Origin: Octopus sinensis
Lineage: Eukaryota
Direction: 5' to 3'
Length of the DNA stretch: 64,000 nt
NCBI RefSeq assembly: GCF_006345805.1
Contig: NC_043010.1
Span: forward strand, 32,674,001-32,738,000
The position numbers and the translations under genes were made by a program. How positions within the stretch are numbered: the first letter of the stretch is position 1; the number at the start of each line of letters is the position of its first letter. Shown one piece after another: positions 38,815 to 52,621 of the stretch. A model generated the notes under the pieces. It was not told the DNA's origin, did no database searches, and saw nothing but the letters and a program-made list of their open reading frames with translations.

Positions 38815-40918
38815 CGATAGATAGATATATTTCTTTATTGGCCACACAGAGCTGAATACAGAGGGGACAAAATACAAAGTTGAGCTTTTCTTTTTGGGAA
38901 GAAGAGAAGAAAAAATATTTTAAAAAGTGGGTCGAATTCCGATCAAAAGTGATCGTGGAAAAAAAAGAGTGGGGCTGATCAATAGGGATCATGTATCACA
39001 GAAATGTCAATGTAAAAAGGGAAAAAAGATTAGGTTTATCTGTGGAAAGAAAAGACCATGGGAACCTTGGGCAATAGTGTCATGCAAAAAAACACATTAC
39101 AGTAAGTGACTCTCTTTTTTCATTTTTTTTTTTTTTTTGTTTCATAGGATTATACTCAAGCTGGCTCCATCATTCACACATGCCATCCTTGCTACATTCA
39201 CCCATCTTTTTTTGAAACATTCACTAACCAAAACTTCCCTCTCTACTCTCACCTTCCTCTTCAAGTGATACTTGAAGAAGTTGAGAGATTGACCAGAGAG
39301 GAACGTATTTGTCTCTAGACCTTTCAGATGCGTCCACTATACACATTCTTTCACCATAGCCACAAGTACAATAAAAATGGCTCTTCCATCCCATTTCAAG
39401 GACAATATTCACGATAGACTCGGTTGACAAACTGTTTCGTCCCACACGCGATAACAGTCATTCAACATAGTCCCGCAAGTCGAAAATGGTTGGACACTGT
39501 ACGAGTGCATGCATGACAGTTTCGTTGCTCTGACTGCATCTCGGACAGATCAGCCCCATGTTTATCGAGCCATGCCTGTAGAGCTTATCCCAAATGGATA
39601 ACGCTTCTTGATAGCACTGCCAGGCCAGGGATCTCTGGAAGTTGTCCATAGGTCCCAGCTCGAAAGTCGTCTTGAACAGGCAGGTCAGGTATTCCTCGTC
39701 GACGTTGTACCTCCCCTCCACTAATTCCCTATAGAATGCTTTGGTTGTGTTGAGGTCACTCAAGGTGGACCCGGGGTGGCATAGTTGCTTGAGAGCAACG
39801 CGACACTCGCAGCGCCATTTGCCCTTCCTCGGCCTCTTTGATCCATGACTGCAGTTTGGTCATGGAGACGAGTTGCGGGAAAGCGTGCCTCACAAACGGC
39901 GACCACACCTGTTCACCATCGTCTACATAGAGCCTGAGATGTTGTAGTCTCAGCGCGTGTCTGTGCATCATCAACCACGGCATGCCCAGTCCTCCTTTTA
40001 GCGGATGTTGACAGCAAATGGATCGCCTGACCATCGGGATGCATCCTTTCCACAAGAAGCGAAAGAGAATGCGTTCTAGTTTGGTGATGGTAGGGTGGGG
40101 ACAAGGCACGACGGTCAGGCAGAAGTAGATGACGGACACGATGTATGAGTGTGCCACCTCCACCCGACTATTAGATAGATAGATAGATATGTATATATAG
40201 ATGTATATATATAGATACATATTTGAATATATATATATCTTTATATATGTATATCTATCTATCTATCCATCTATCTATCTCTCTCTCCCTATATATATAT
40301 ATATATATATATAAGAGGAGAATTTACAGAAAAAACAAAAGACGAAAGGTAGTGTAGACAACAAACAGATGTATTAGTTTAATGCTAGGGAAGTGAAAAA
40401 ATCTAAAGTTTCAAGTCTGTGCTCTTCTACAGAAAGGAACATTGAAAGAAACAAGGAGAGACTATAAAGAATGTGTAGTGGCTAGCGATCTATCATGGCA
40501 AATATGCCAGACAGAAGGGTCACACAGGAGAGCTAGGAAGAAGGGGAGATAACAAAGTAGTGGTGATCCCAAAACGAAGGACAGGCTCCATGTAGCGAAA
40601 GCTTTTGATTGATCCAGTTTGATCAGCACCCCACTCATGCCAGGTTCCTTAACTACCCTACCTATGATGTAGCGCATCAGATGGAGGTTGACATGGATGC
40701 TCCTACATGGCACAGTGCACGTATGTGCCTTGTAGACTAGTTTCTCGATGACAAGCACCAAACTCTTGGCTAACACCTTGGCCAAAATTTTCAAATCTGC
40801 ATTGAGCAGTGTGATGGGCCTGAAGTTACCTATGACATTCCCCTTGTTTGGATCTTACTTTAGCAGGGCCACCACTCCTCGCTTTACAAAGGCGGGGATA
40901 CTCCCGTTTTGCTGCCAG

Positions 40919-40920
<2 letters not shown>
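38815..40920 (-). mobile_element. Tx1/L1-clade LINE 3' relic (RT start, RT C-terminus, zinc knuckle), internally deleted
   Basis: [28 protein letters not shown]; LERILFRFLWKG..GGLGMP; CPRC..ETVMHALVQC. The 3' end has AATAAA then (TATC)n. Confidence 0.75.
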
Positions 40921-40971
<51 letters not shown>

Positions 40972-41029
40972 ACATATATATATATATATATGTATATATA
41001 TACATATATATATATATATATGTATACAT

Positions 41030-41062
<33 letters not shown>

Positions 41063-41131
41063 GTAGGTCCCGGGTTGATTCGGGGTTAACCACAGTAAAT
41101 AAGGTACTCAATACATAGCAGAGTAAAATTA

Positions 41132-41233
41132 ATTTATTATATAGAAGGAGCTTCTACAGGACTAGAACTGTTTCAAGATTTCTCTTGAATGAAACAGTTC
41201 TAGTCCTGTAGAAGCTCCTTCTATATAATAAAT
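41132..41233. repeat. Perfect 44-bp-arm hairpin within TA microsatellite
   Basis: 41132-41175 is the exact reverse complement of 41190-41233, with a 14-nt loop. Confidence 0.92.
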
Positions 41234-41260
41234 GTATATATATATATATATATATATACG

Positions 41261-41296
<36 letters not shown>

Positions 41297-41332
41297 TACA
41301 TATATATATATATGTATACATATATATATATG

Positions 41333-41376
<44 letters not shown>

Positions 41377-41589
41377 TGATATATATATATAACGGGAAGC
41401 TTTATGAAAATAAACAAAAGACGAAGGCAGGTGGAAAACAAACGAACAATTGTATTAGTATGGCGCTCAGGAAATATATGTATGTATATATATATATATG
41501 TATGTATATATATATATGTATGTATATATATATATATGTATGTATATATATATAATGTATGTATATATATATATATATATGTATGTATA

Positions 41590-41620
<31 letters not shown>

Positions 41621-41916
41621 ATATATATATACACATATAATATACACATATATACATATATATATACATATACATATATATACATATACATATATATACA
41701 TATAATACATATACATATATATACATATATATACATATACATATATATACATACATATATATATATATATAATATATATATGTATACATATATATATGTA
41801 TACATATATATACACATATATATATATACACATATATACACATATATATATACACATATATATATACACATATATATACACATATATATATACACATATA
41901 TATATACACATATACA

Positions 41917-41948
<32 letters not shown>

Positions 41949-42085
41949 CATATATATATGTATATATATAATATATATGTATATATATATGTATATATAT
42001 ATATATGTATACATATATATATACACATATATATATACACATATATATACACATATATATATACACATATATACATATATATAAC

Positions 42086-42139
<54 letters not shown>

Positions 42140-44122
42140 TATATATTATATATATATATGTATATATATATATATGTATACATATATATATACAATATAT
42201 ATATACACATATATATACACATATATATATACACATATATATATACACATATAATACACATATATATATACACATATATATATACATATATATATATATA
42301 TACATATAAAGTTAATCCAAACAAGAAAACAAAAAAGACAACAACGCGAGGATGTGGAACAATTAAAGTATTATTAGGCGCTCAGGAAAAAAGGGAAGGA
42401 GGGTATGACGTTTCAAGCGGAGCTCTTCGCCGGAAACAAAAGATCCTGAGGTGGGAGGACAGAGGAAAAAAAAAATGCAAGTGGTCTTCACGAGGTCAAC
42501 ATACTGGAAAGGCGGAAGTAGTAAACAAGAGAGTGCAGGTTTTCAAAGACAAGAGAGCGGAAAAAGAAGGAAGGTAAACAAACAGTGTGCGAGATGACAA
42601 GGGTGTGTGTATATGGTGGGCGAGGGCGAAGGCTAGCGAGTGACAGGTCAGAAACACGAAGGAATGTGTGTGTGCTTGTATATGTCTCATGTGTGTGTTT
42701 AGTTGTAGTATGTGTGTGTACGTGTGCGTTTTTTTGTGTGTATGGCGAGTAACTGTGCTTAACTAAGTGTATGTGTGGGTGTGTGTGTGTGTGCTTATAT
42801 GTGCATATATGTATGATTGTGTGCATGTATGTATGTGTGCGCATGTTTTGGTGTGCGTATGTATGTGTGTGTCTGTGCATTTATGTGTATACGTTATGTA
42901 AATGTGTGTGTGGGAGTGAATGTATGTATGTATGTGCGTGTGTGTACAAAATGTAGGGGTATTATATGTGTGTGTATATATATGCATGCAAGGAAACACT
43001 TTGCAACTGAAGGAATGATGGAAAATACTCCCGCGGTGACAGGCATAAGAGAAACCCAGGCACAACGCGCCGGCCCCAGACAGGAACCCGAGATATAGCC
43101 AGAACCCACAGGCGTGCGTGCATGCATGTATGTATGCGTGCGTGCACGCGCATGCATGTGTGTGTGTATGTATGTGTGAGTGTGTGTATGTGTGTCCATA
43201 TGAGTGTATGTAAGTGTGTGTGTATGTGTATGGGTGTATGTATGTGTGTGTGTATGTATGTGTGTGTGCATGCATGTGTGTGTATGTATGTGTGCATGTA
43301 TGTGTGTGTATGTATGTATGCATGTGCGTATGTGTGTGTGTGCATGTGTGTAAGTATATGTGTATGTGCGTATATGTGTATGTATGTAGGCGTGTGTGTA
43401 TAGGTGTATGTATGTATGGGTGGGTGTGTATGTATGTATGTATGTGGGAGTGTAGGTGTGTGTATGTATGCGTGTGCGTGTATATGTGGGTGTGTATGTG
43501 CGCACGTGCATTCATGCATGTGTGTGTGTATGTATGTATACACACACGAAGCACGGTCACACAACACAACGCACGCATATGGGGCCAACCCCACCCCAAG
43601 CCTGTCCCAAAGCGCGCGCGCGGACCCCCGAACACCCACACCACAAGAACCAAGGTCCATCAACCCCTCAACCCAAAAGAAAAGGGGTGCGCTTGGATGC
43701 AAATATATGTATGTGTGCGTGTGTATGTATGTGTGTGTGCATGTGTGTGTATGTACATATGTGTATGTATGTGTGTGTGTATATATGTATGCGTGTATGT
43801 ATGTGCATGTTTGTGTGTGTATGTATGTATGTGTGATTAAATGTGTGAATGTATGTAGTATGTGTGTGTGTGTGTGAACGGGCGTGGGGGTGTGTATAGG
43901 TGTGGAAGTGTGTGCGTACGTGTAGGTAAGTAGGTTGTGTGTGTGTGGTGTGTTGGAGGTAGGTGTGTTGGAAGTAGGTATGTAGGGAGGTGTTCGTGGA
44001 TACGTGGGTATGCAGGTGTGTGTTTTTCCGGAAAAAAAAAACACTAAGAGGAGGGGGCTGTGTTGAGTCCGTGTAGGGTAGTAGTTTGTAGGGTGAAGAT
44101 GTAGCGTTGCTCCAAGTGGAGC

Positions 44123-44433
44123 CTAGATAGTGGACGACCGTTGTGTGGGGCGAGACCAAACACAGATGTCATCGGGGGAATGGCTGGCTGAGCAGAAGTG
44201 ACGTGCGACGGGAGAAAAAGATCGTAGGCGAACGTCCCTCAGATGTTCGGCGAATCGGTCTGACAAACGGCGTCCCGTCTGTCCTATATACAGCATTCCG
44301 CAGAGGTTGCATTTAATACAGTATATGAGGCCAGACGAAGTGCATGTAAAAGAATGTCTGATACGTACAGTTCGCTGGTTGGAGCCGGTGACAGCAGTGG
44401 TGTTGGTGATGAAGGGGCAGGTGTTGCAGCGGG
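44123..44433 (-). mobile_element. Penelope-like GIY-YIG endonuclease fragment (Neptune/Poseidon-like)
   Basis: [54 protein letters not shown]. Confidence 0.85.
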
Positions 44434-44434
44434 G

Positions 44435-44488
<54 letters not shown>

Positions 44489-44543
44489 CACATATATATA
44501 CACATATATATATACATATATATATACATATATATATACATAC

Positions 44544-44582
<39 letters not shown>

Positions 44583-44623
44583 CATATATATATACATATA
44601 TATATATAAATATATATGTGTCT

Positions 44624-44935
44624 GGAGGCACAATGGCCCAGTGGTTAGGGCAGTAGACTCGCGGTCGTAGGATCGCGGTTTCGATACCCAGACCAGGCGT
44701 TGTGAGTGTTTATTGAGCGAAAACACCTAAAAAGCTCCACGAGGCTCCGGCAGGGGGTGGTGGCAATCCCTGCTGTACTCTTTCGCCACAACTTCTCTCA
44801 CTCTTTCTTCTGTTGGCCTGCTCGCTTAGCCAGCGGGGTGGCGTCATTTGATGGCTAATACAATGCGAAGCACATTGTGACCAGCGATGTGTAGCGACAT
44901 CTGATAGCCTGGTCGGTCACGGGGATCACGGTGAT
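44624..44935 (+). mobile_element. Full-length tRNA-derived SINE
   Basis: A box tggcccagtggttagg and B box ggtttcgatacc. The body is shared with 4845-5014. Confidence 0.85.
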
Positions 44936-45690
44936 ATTTATATATACTTGCTGCATGCCCTGACATGTGTGGAGTGCAGCAGATGTATGTGTTTTATATG
45001 TATCAGTCTGAGTCTAATACTTGTGTAACAACCAGTGCAAAAGTTTAACCGTAGCATCACAATTCGGATGATGTGTAAATCATCCAATGACCAGCCAACC
45101 AGGTCGCAGATGGTGGAAATGCCACATCCATGGTCACAAATTTGTCTGCAATCAAAATCCTTTATTTCTAATTTAAAAATAGTAAAAGCTTAAAGGCTGA
45201 GTGGATCTGAGGATTTTTAGCATTATTAGTTTTATAAAGATTCACAGTTCAAATCCAGTCTAGGATCATGTGAGTATCAAGTCATAAGACACTTGATTGT
45301 TTGGGGATTCAACCAACAACAGTATAATGCTCATAGAAACATTATCTATATAATACTTTTATAAGACTGAAGGATTTCAGCCTATTAATTTCTCAAATGT
45401 TACTTGATCTGTCATCTCATTATCTTAATTGATATTTACTTGACCCAATTATCATTTAATTATGATCTTAAGAACAATTCCAGAAATTTTATTAAAGAAA
45501 TGTTTTCTCCTCATTACATAAATATTATGGTATCATTAATTCACCCCATCACCACTGCTTATAATCATGATATCAGGAACTTGACTTATATTCTTTTATG
45601 TGGCTAGCAACCCTAGGTAATGTTCCTAAATAACAGTAATGTTAATATTGTAATTAAGACATTTAAAGAAATTCCATTTATTTATTTCAG

Positions 45691-46030
45691 GAAAAGTGAT
45701 AAGCCACGCTCAATAAATAGGAACCCAAGAAGATACCAAAATGCTTCAGTGAATTCCACTGCCCGAAGTTTGGATAACTTCACAAATCAGCTAAACAACT
45801 GTAGTTTCCGTGGAAACCACAGGTCAGTGGCAACTCCTAAAGGGACAAAAAACAGAAATGTGAATGCTTCTGGGGAACGCAGGGATCAAAATCAAGAATG
45901 TCAAATTTGTTTCCAGACATTAATATGTAAAAAGACTCTGAATTGCAATCATAGTTTTTGTCAACATTGTTTAGATACCTGGTTACTCATCAAAAAATCT
46001 TGTCCTTTATGTCGTGCACCAGCACACTAA
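45691..46030 (+). CDS. Macro-RING gene, duplicated terminal exon B (C3HC4 RING)
   Basis: Acceptor tttatttatttcag|G in the same phase, with the same 340-nt length as exon A, an intact RING and no stops. Confidence 0.68.
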
Positions 46031-46749
46031 ACTATACAAGAACTGATCCAGAAATATTTGGATACTTCTATCCGTAAATCTGTGATTGATATATATATAT
46101 ATATATATATATGTCTTTCTACAAGTTGTTGAGTGTACATATGATCCAAGGTGACATCATAGGATAATTGAGAGGCCCAACCACTATAAGTGATTAAGAC
46201 TCTACTACTTTGAGCTCTTTATCTGGGAGTGAATAAGATATAGATGCTGAGGTCACTTTGGCTGTTGACTCTGTTCTGTTCTTATACTATATATATATTT
46301 ATATATATATATATATATATATATACATCTATCTATATGTGTTTATGCATATATGTTTATCAATGTTTTTATAAACCAAGCTTCATTGTGTTTATCTGCA
46401 TCACTATCTCCATATAAGCTCACTGAGATTTCTTTTATAGCCTCTCTTGAACCTGTGACCCTAGTCCTTGATAAAGATTTATGACTTTATGTTCAAATCA
46501 TTTTGAGCACTGCCATGGGTTTTCTGTACTGAGCATCTCCAGTTTTCACCTCCTGTGTGTGTGTGTGTGTGTGTGTGTGTGGGAGGGGGGACAGGGATCA
46601 TAGATGAGTTCCAGATATTCTCCGTATAGAAGACACTTATTAGTGCTCAAAAGATTTAAACTTGAGCAGGTAGAGAAGGAAATGTAGGGATAAGCAAATT
46701 AGACAGATCAGTATATAAAGTATATTAAATACATGAAATACGAAAAATC

Positions 46750-48165
46750 ATCACCATTGTTTAACGTCCGTTTTCTATGTTAGCATGGGTTGGATGGTTC
46801 GACCGGGGTCTGGGAAGCCAGTAGGCTGCACCGGGCTCCAGTCTGATATGGCAGTGTTTCTACAGCTGGATGCCCTTCCTAACGCCAACCACTCTGTGAA
46901 TGTAGTGGGTGCTTTTTACGTGCAACCAGCACAGGGGCCAGAGAAGCCTGGCAACAGCCATGATCAGTTGGTGCTTTTTATGTGCCACCGGCATGGAAGC
47001 CAGTCAAAGCAGCGCTGGCATTGGCCACGTTCAGATGGTGCTTTTACGTGCTGCTGGCACGGGTATCACAACTACTATTTCCATTTGATTTTTATTTTGA
47101 TGTTGATGTACTTGACTCAATAGGTCTCCTCAAGCACAGCAGGTCGCCCCATGAACCAAGGTAAGCACAGGCACAGCAGGCTGTCCTGCAATCCAAGGTA
47201 CTTTGAATGGGCTGGGGCTGGTTGAGTGAAGCTGGTATAAGATACAGCCATGAACTCACTTCATTGTTGGGTCTTCACAGTCACAGCATATCTCCAGAGG
47301 TCTCAGTCTTTTGTCATTGCCTCTGTGAAGCCCAACGTTCGAAGGTCATGCTTGACCACCTCATCCCATGTCTTCTTGGGTCTAACTCTACCCCAGATTC
47401 CTTCAACTGTTTGGGAGTGGCACTTCTTCACAAAGCTATCCTCATCCATCCGTAGTACATGACCATACCAGTGCAAACGTCTCTCTTGCATGCCACATCT
47501 GATGCTTCTTCTGTCCAACATTTCTCTCAGGGCACTTACACTCTGTCATGTGTGCACACTGACATTACACATCCAGCAGATCATGCTAGCTTCATTCCTT
47601 TCGAGACTATGCATGTCCTCCACAGTCACAGCCCATGTTTCACTGCTGTAAAGCATGGCAGTTTACGCACATGCGTCGTACAATCTACATTTCACTCCGA
47701 GGAAGAGACCCTTTGTCACCAGTATGGGTAGAAGCTTTCTAAACTTTGCCCAGGCTATTCTTATTCTAGTGGTAACACTCTCTGAGCATCCACCCTCCCC
47801 ACAACTAACTTGGTCACCTAGGTAGCAGAAGCTATCAACTACTTCTAGTTCCTTCCCCTGGAGTGTGATGGAATGTTTTCTGAGTATCTGTTGTGTCTAT
47901 TGCCCCTGTGCATCTGCCACACATGAAAGCTTTCTTCTTGATTAATTTTCCTTTGACGTTGCTGCACCTCTTATGCGTCTATAGCTTACACTGGGTACAT
48001 CTTATGGAGTTTCTGCCTACACCTTTTCTACAAATCGAGCAGGACCACCTACCTGAAGGGGTGTGTGATAAGTTCGCCTTCCTACTTACTAGAACTTTGG
48101 TCTTTGCTACATTGACTCTAAGGCCTTTTGATTCTAAACCTAGCTATTTTGTGCTAGACCACTGG
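46750..48165 (-). mobile_element. 5'-truncated RTE LINE copy
   Basis: Homologous to 10920-12270, including the Cys-rich finger, the thumb region and the tail. Confidence 0.9.
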
Positions 48166-48199
48166 TAATAATAATTTCTATAATTCTTATTACCCTAAT

Positions 48200-48593
48200 A
48201 TTATATAAGGTGTTCTTCCATCAGGATAATGCTCGGCCACATACAGCAAAGATGACATTCCAAAGCAGTTTGAATGAGAAACGATGCTCCCACTCACCAT
48301 ATTCACCAGACATTGCCCCATCTGATTATCATTTATTCCGCAGTCTTCAAAATCATTTGAACAGAAAAAATATGAATTTTGTAGACGATGTCAGAACAGT
48401 AATGGAAGAGTATTTTTTGTCACAGACAAGTGAATTTTGGAAGAAGGACCTTGCAAGTCTATCAGATAGATAGAAGAGCATTGTAGAAAATGAAAGAGAG
48501 TATATTTTAAATTTAAAAAGAACTGTGTATCTTAATTTTGAAAAATAAAAAAAGCATTACAAGAAACTGCATTCTTTCTGGGATGACCCAATA
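48200..48593 (+). mobile_element. Mariner transposase 3' fragment with terminal repeat
   Basis: FHQDNARPHTA..HSPYSPDIAPSDYHLFRSLQNHL (mariner D,D34D motifs). It ends gatgacccaata. Confidence 0.88.
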
Positions 48594-48956
48594 TCTCTCT
48601 ATATATAAATGGCAAAATGTCTGTGTGTGTGTCCTTTATACAAATCCACAATTTTTCAGTTACAGGGCTCACACTTTCTATGGTCTTTCAAACCTGTCCA
48701 AGGCTGGTTGTGCACATCTTTACATTTCCCCAGTCACTCTGCAAAGCCATTAAAAAGATCAATAGAAGTGACTTTTTTGTGAATTTTCTATCCAAAACCC
48801 AATCAAAATGCCTGAAATTTGATACGCCTAATGAATGCCAGCTAGCTGTATGTGATTGGTTGGAGATTTGGACAGTACTCACGTGTATGTGTGCACGCAC
48901 GCAGCTGTATATGCATGCACTAGCACTGACCCGGCGTTGCCAGGTCATAGTGCTAG
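48594..48956 (+). mobile_element. Non-autonomous Helitron-like element
   Basis: A|TCTCTCTATATATAAA start, a gacccggcgttgccaggtc hairpin, and a CTAG|T end. Confidence 0.7.
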
Positions 48957-49511
48957 TATATATATATAAATCAGGGATATTGAAATAAGTAGGGATGGAG
49001 ATGTTTAATGTTAAGATATGAGGAAGACTACATGTATAATGGCAAAAGACCCAGTTGTAGTGGTGATGTCCAGTGTGGGTTAGAATAAGATTGGCAAAGG
49101 GAGTGAGGTGGTGTTTAAGGATTGCAGAAAAGATAGAGAAAGCCATCTGGCAATAGCATTTTAACATAGTGATTGAAGCATGATGTGAAGTGGGAAGTAT
49201 TCAAACGGAGTAGAGGAGTAAGAGAGATCGAGGAATAACTTTGACAGGTTATAATGTTGCCAACTATAAAAGTTATATTGCTTTCAAATTTTGGCACAAG
49301 GCTAGTAATTTAGTAGGAGGGGATAAGTTGATGACACCGACCCCAGTGCTCAACTGATACTTATTTTATCAACTCTGAAAAGGATGAAAGGCAAAGTCAA
49401 CCTTGGTGGAATTTGAACATAAAGATGGATGAAATGTCGCTAAATGTTTTGCCCAGCAGGCTAATGGTTCTACCAGTTGACTGCTTTGTGCTATAAAAGT
49501 AACACTGAAAA

Positions 49512-49726
49512 GGGCGGCGAGCTGGCAGAAACGTTAGCACACCGGGCGAAATGCGTAGCCGTATTTCATCTGCCGTTACGTTGAGTTCAAATTCCGCCGA
49601 GTCGACTTTGCCTTTCATCCTTTCAGGGTCGATAAATTAAGTACTAGTTATGCACTGTGGTCGATGTAATCGACCTAATCCGTTTGTCCCTTCTATGTTT
49701 AGCCCTTTGTGGGTAATAAAGAAAAA
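49512..49726 (+). mobile_element. CORE-like SINE with 20-bp TSD
   Basis: tataaaagtaacactgaaaa at 49492-49511 and 49727-49746. Same family as 24030-24236. Confidence 0.88.
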
Positions 49727-50283
49727 TATAAAAGTAACACTGAAAATATAAGTTCATTGGGAGTAGATAAAATATCAAGTTGGAATAAAGTGAAGTATAA
49801 TGGATTAAGACAAGATAAAACAAAGTAAATATATTAATTCTATTTAGCTAGTGTTTAATTTAAATAGGTAATATATAAATTAAAAGCTAGGTGAAGAGTG
49901 AAAATACAATAATAGTCACAATAGAAATTAAGTGGTATAAGGCAATTTAAGACAACAGTAAAATAAAGTAATTATACTAACTTAAATTTGAATAAGTGAA
50001 ATAAGCTTATGCCATTTCTCAAATGTTTAAAAGAAAGTAATTATACAGAAGGACTCATCTTATTGTACTTAGATTTGTGGTAAAATTGAAAGGTTTTAAA
50101 GAATTTATGTACGCAAGAAGAACGAATGCTTCGTGTTGTTTGTTAATTAACTCTGTTGGGTTATGTTATAGTATTTATAATGAAAAAAATATTATTATTT
50201 AAATGCTAAGGGAAATAACTCTGAGTCATTGCGATAGTGTTGACGTTTCACCTCTACCATGACAACATTATTTCTTCTTCAAG

Positions 50284-50508
50284 AAGGTGACGAGCTGACT
50301 GAGTCGTTAGCATGCCGGTAAAAATGCTTACCAGCTTTTCGTCCGTCCTTACATTCTGGGTTCAAATTCTGCCTAGGTCGACTTTGCCTTTCATCCTTTC
50401 GTGGTTGATAAAATACGTACTAGTGAAACGCTGGGGGGGGGGGGGGTCGATGTAACCGACTAGTCCCCTCTCCCATAATTTCAGGCCTTGTGCCTTCAGT
50501 AGAAACTG
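50284..50508 (+). mobile_element. CORE-like SINE with 16-bp TSD
   Basis: ttatttcttcttcaag at 50268-50283 and 50509-50524. Confidence 0.85.
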
Positions 50509-50571
50509 TTATTTCTTCTTCAAGTATATGTCTGAAAGCTGAGTCAACAGAGAGTATGAAATCTCCAAGCA

Positions 50572-50967
50572 GGGATCTTTTCGGTTTGAACGGTATCGTA
50601 TGAAATTGTCACCCATAATTATGACCCTAGTATCGATCTATTGCATTTCAATTTGTTTTAGGGTTAGGGGTGAGGGGAAGGATATCTTTTTTCCTTCACA
50701 AATGTAAATAAACCCAATCTGTTTCTTAAACGAGCGACATATTCATACGGCACAGAATGTTTTTTACCTCAATAGACGTCACTGATTGGTTGAAATTGCA
50801 GAAATTGAAGAAAAAACAACAACAAATATCTTACAAAACAGAATTTTCTCAGTAAAGCCAGGAGAAAAACATGTTTTATAAACACATTCTACCAGTATAC
50901 GAAGTTTAAAATTTTTTAGTTACCTAGAAATTATGTTAAAAACTGCCGTTCAAACCGAAAAGATCCC
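50572..50967. mobile_element. MITE with perfect 22-bp terminal inverted repeats
   Basis: gggatcttttcggtttgaacgg (50572-50593) and ccgttcaaaccgaaaagatccc (50946-50967). The TSD is unclear. Confidence 0.8.
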
Positions 50968-52621
50968 CTAGCAGTTTAAATGCACAAGTCTCTAATAGCC
51001 AAGTGGCTAAAAAATGTCAGCAAGAAGGGTATCCAGAAGTCATGACCTGGATGTTATAGAGCCCTCTTAGAGAGCATGATGTTAAGGGCCATAACACTTG
51101 CTTGAGTGGGATGGGGTTCTTCTCTGAAGACCTGCTGTTCAGCTGTCTTGAGAGTTTCTTAGCACTCTGTATAGATTCTTTCAAGTGTAACCAACACAGA
51201 GCATTTTAGCCCTAGTACAGAGAACCCAAGTCAAAAATGGACCAAATTAGAGCGTATGGTATATTATTTTTCTTAAAGTAGTGTATGTGGTCAGCAAGAA
51301 AAGTAGATTTTCTGTGTTTTTCATATTTAAAAGAGCTCAAATGTGCTGAGTGTCGTTCCTTAAAATTAATGGTAGCTCCAACGTAAATCTTGACAGAGTT
51401 TTGTTATTTTTCAAGACCAAGCACTTGTAAATAATGTTATATATTAAGCCGAGTCAAAATTTTATATTTTGATTTCACATATTGCTTGCTCTTCATTTTG
51501 GTGTGAGAAATAAATTAACAAATTTTAATAAGTATGCACTCACCCCTACCCCTTGCATAGCCACCCCCACTAATTCTGCGTTTTGAATAGTGAAACTGTA
51601 ACTGTAAACTTTTTTTAATGCTATTAACCTTGTATTGGTTAAATATTACCTATGTAACATTTTATAGATTATATGCAACCCCACCAACACCTGAACAAAA
51701 ACAGTTATTGGAATCTTTACTTATTTATATAGTTTGTATTTTTTAAAATTCAAAACGCCTATACAATAATCCCTTGCCATATTGCAGTTCACCTATTGTG
51801 GTTTATCATTTAAGCTAACGTTGATTCCTCTGTGGTGTTGTTTAGCATTTATAATAAAATAAATATATGCAAATTATAAAAATAATTTTAAAAATACAGT
51901 ACTACTGTTTCTACTTCACGGATTTTCACCTATCACAGGGATTTGGAATGTAACATTCACAATAGTTGAAGGATTACTGTATTCAGAAAAACACTTTCAA
52001 CATTAAAAAAATGTAAATTTAAATGACAATGATGATGTGCAATAAAAAAAAATCTATGCGCACACACATACACACGCTATATTTGTATATAGCGTATAAA
52101 ATAGATGTAAAATAACGACACACACACACCTGTACAACTACAGAACTGAATTGTAGCAAATTATATAAATTATAAAAACTTTTATATTAAATAAATTTTC
52201 TTTTTATAACACAGTACTACAAGTGACTAAAAAATTGTTAAAAATATAAATATTTTTCAATTTCTTTTTCTCTGTAAAAGAACAAAGAATTCAGCAGACA
52301 AATTGGTTAATAAAGAAACATTTCTTTTTTTTTAATTAATATTTTACTTTGTTAATTAATGACCAGCTTTGTGGTTAGTGTATCAGGTCATGATTCCCAG
52401 GAGTGCATTGTGGCCTTAAGCAAAACTCTTTATTTCTCATTGCTCCAGTCGACTCAGATTGCAAAAATGAGAATTTGTAGCTGTAATTCAATGGGGTCCA
52501 GCTTTGTCACACTCTGTGCCATGCGGAATCTCTTTGAGAACTATGTTAAGGGTACACGTAGAAAATCCGTCACAATGAACTCCACCAAACCCATGCCAGC
52601 ATGGAAAAGTGGATCTCATAC

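Larger units (their letters stand above)
40921..44620. repeat. Large (TA)n/(TACA)n/(TG)n microsatellite field with interspersed PLE fragments
   Basis: Low-complexity dinucleotide and tetranucleotide tracts. The long Y/I/H/C/V ORFs are artefacts. Confidence 0.9.

Noticed and set aside
43610-43625. (GC)n tract as a Z-DNA or regulatory element
   Set aside because: It is short and lies within a repeat-derived microsatellite region, with no supporting context.
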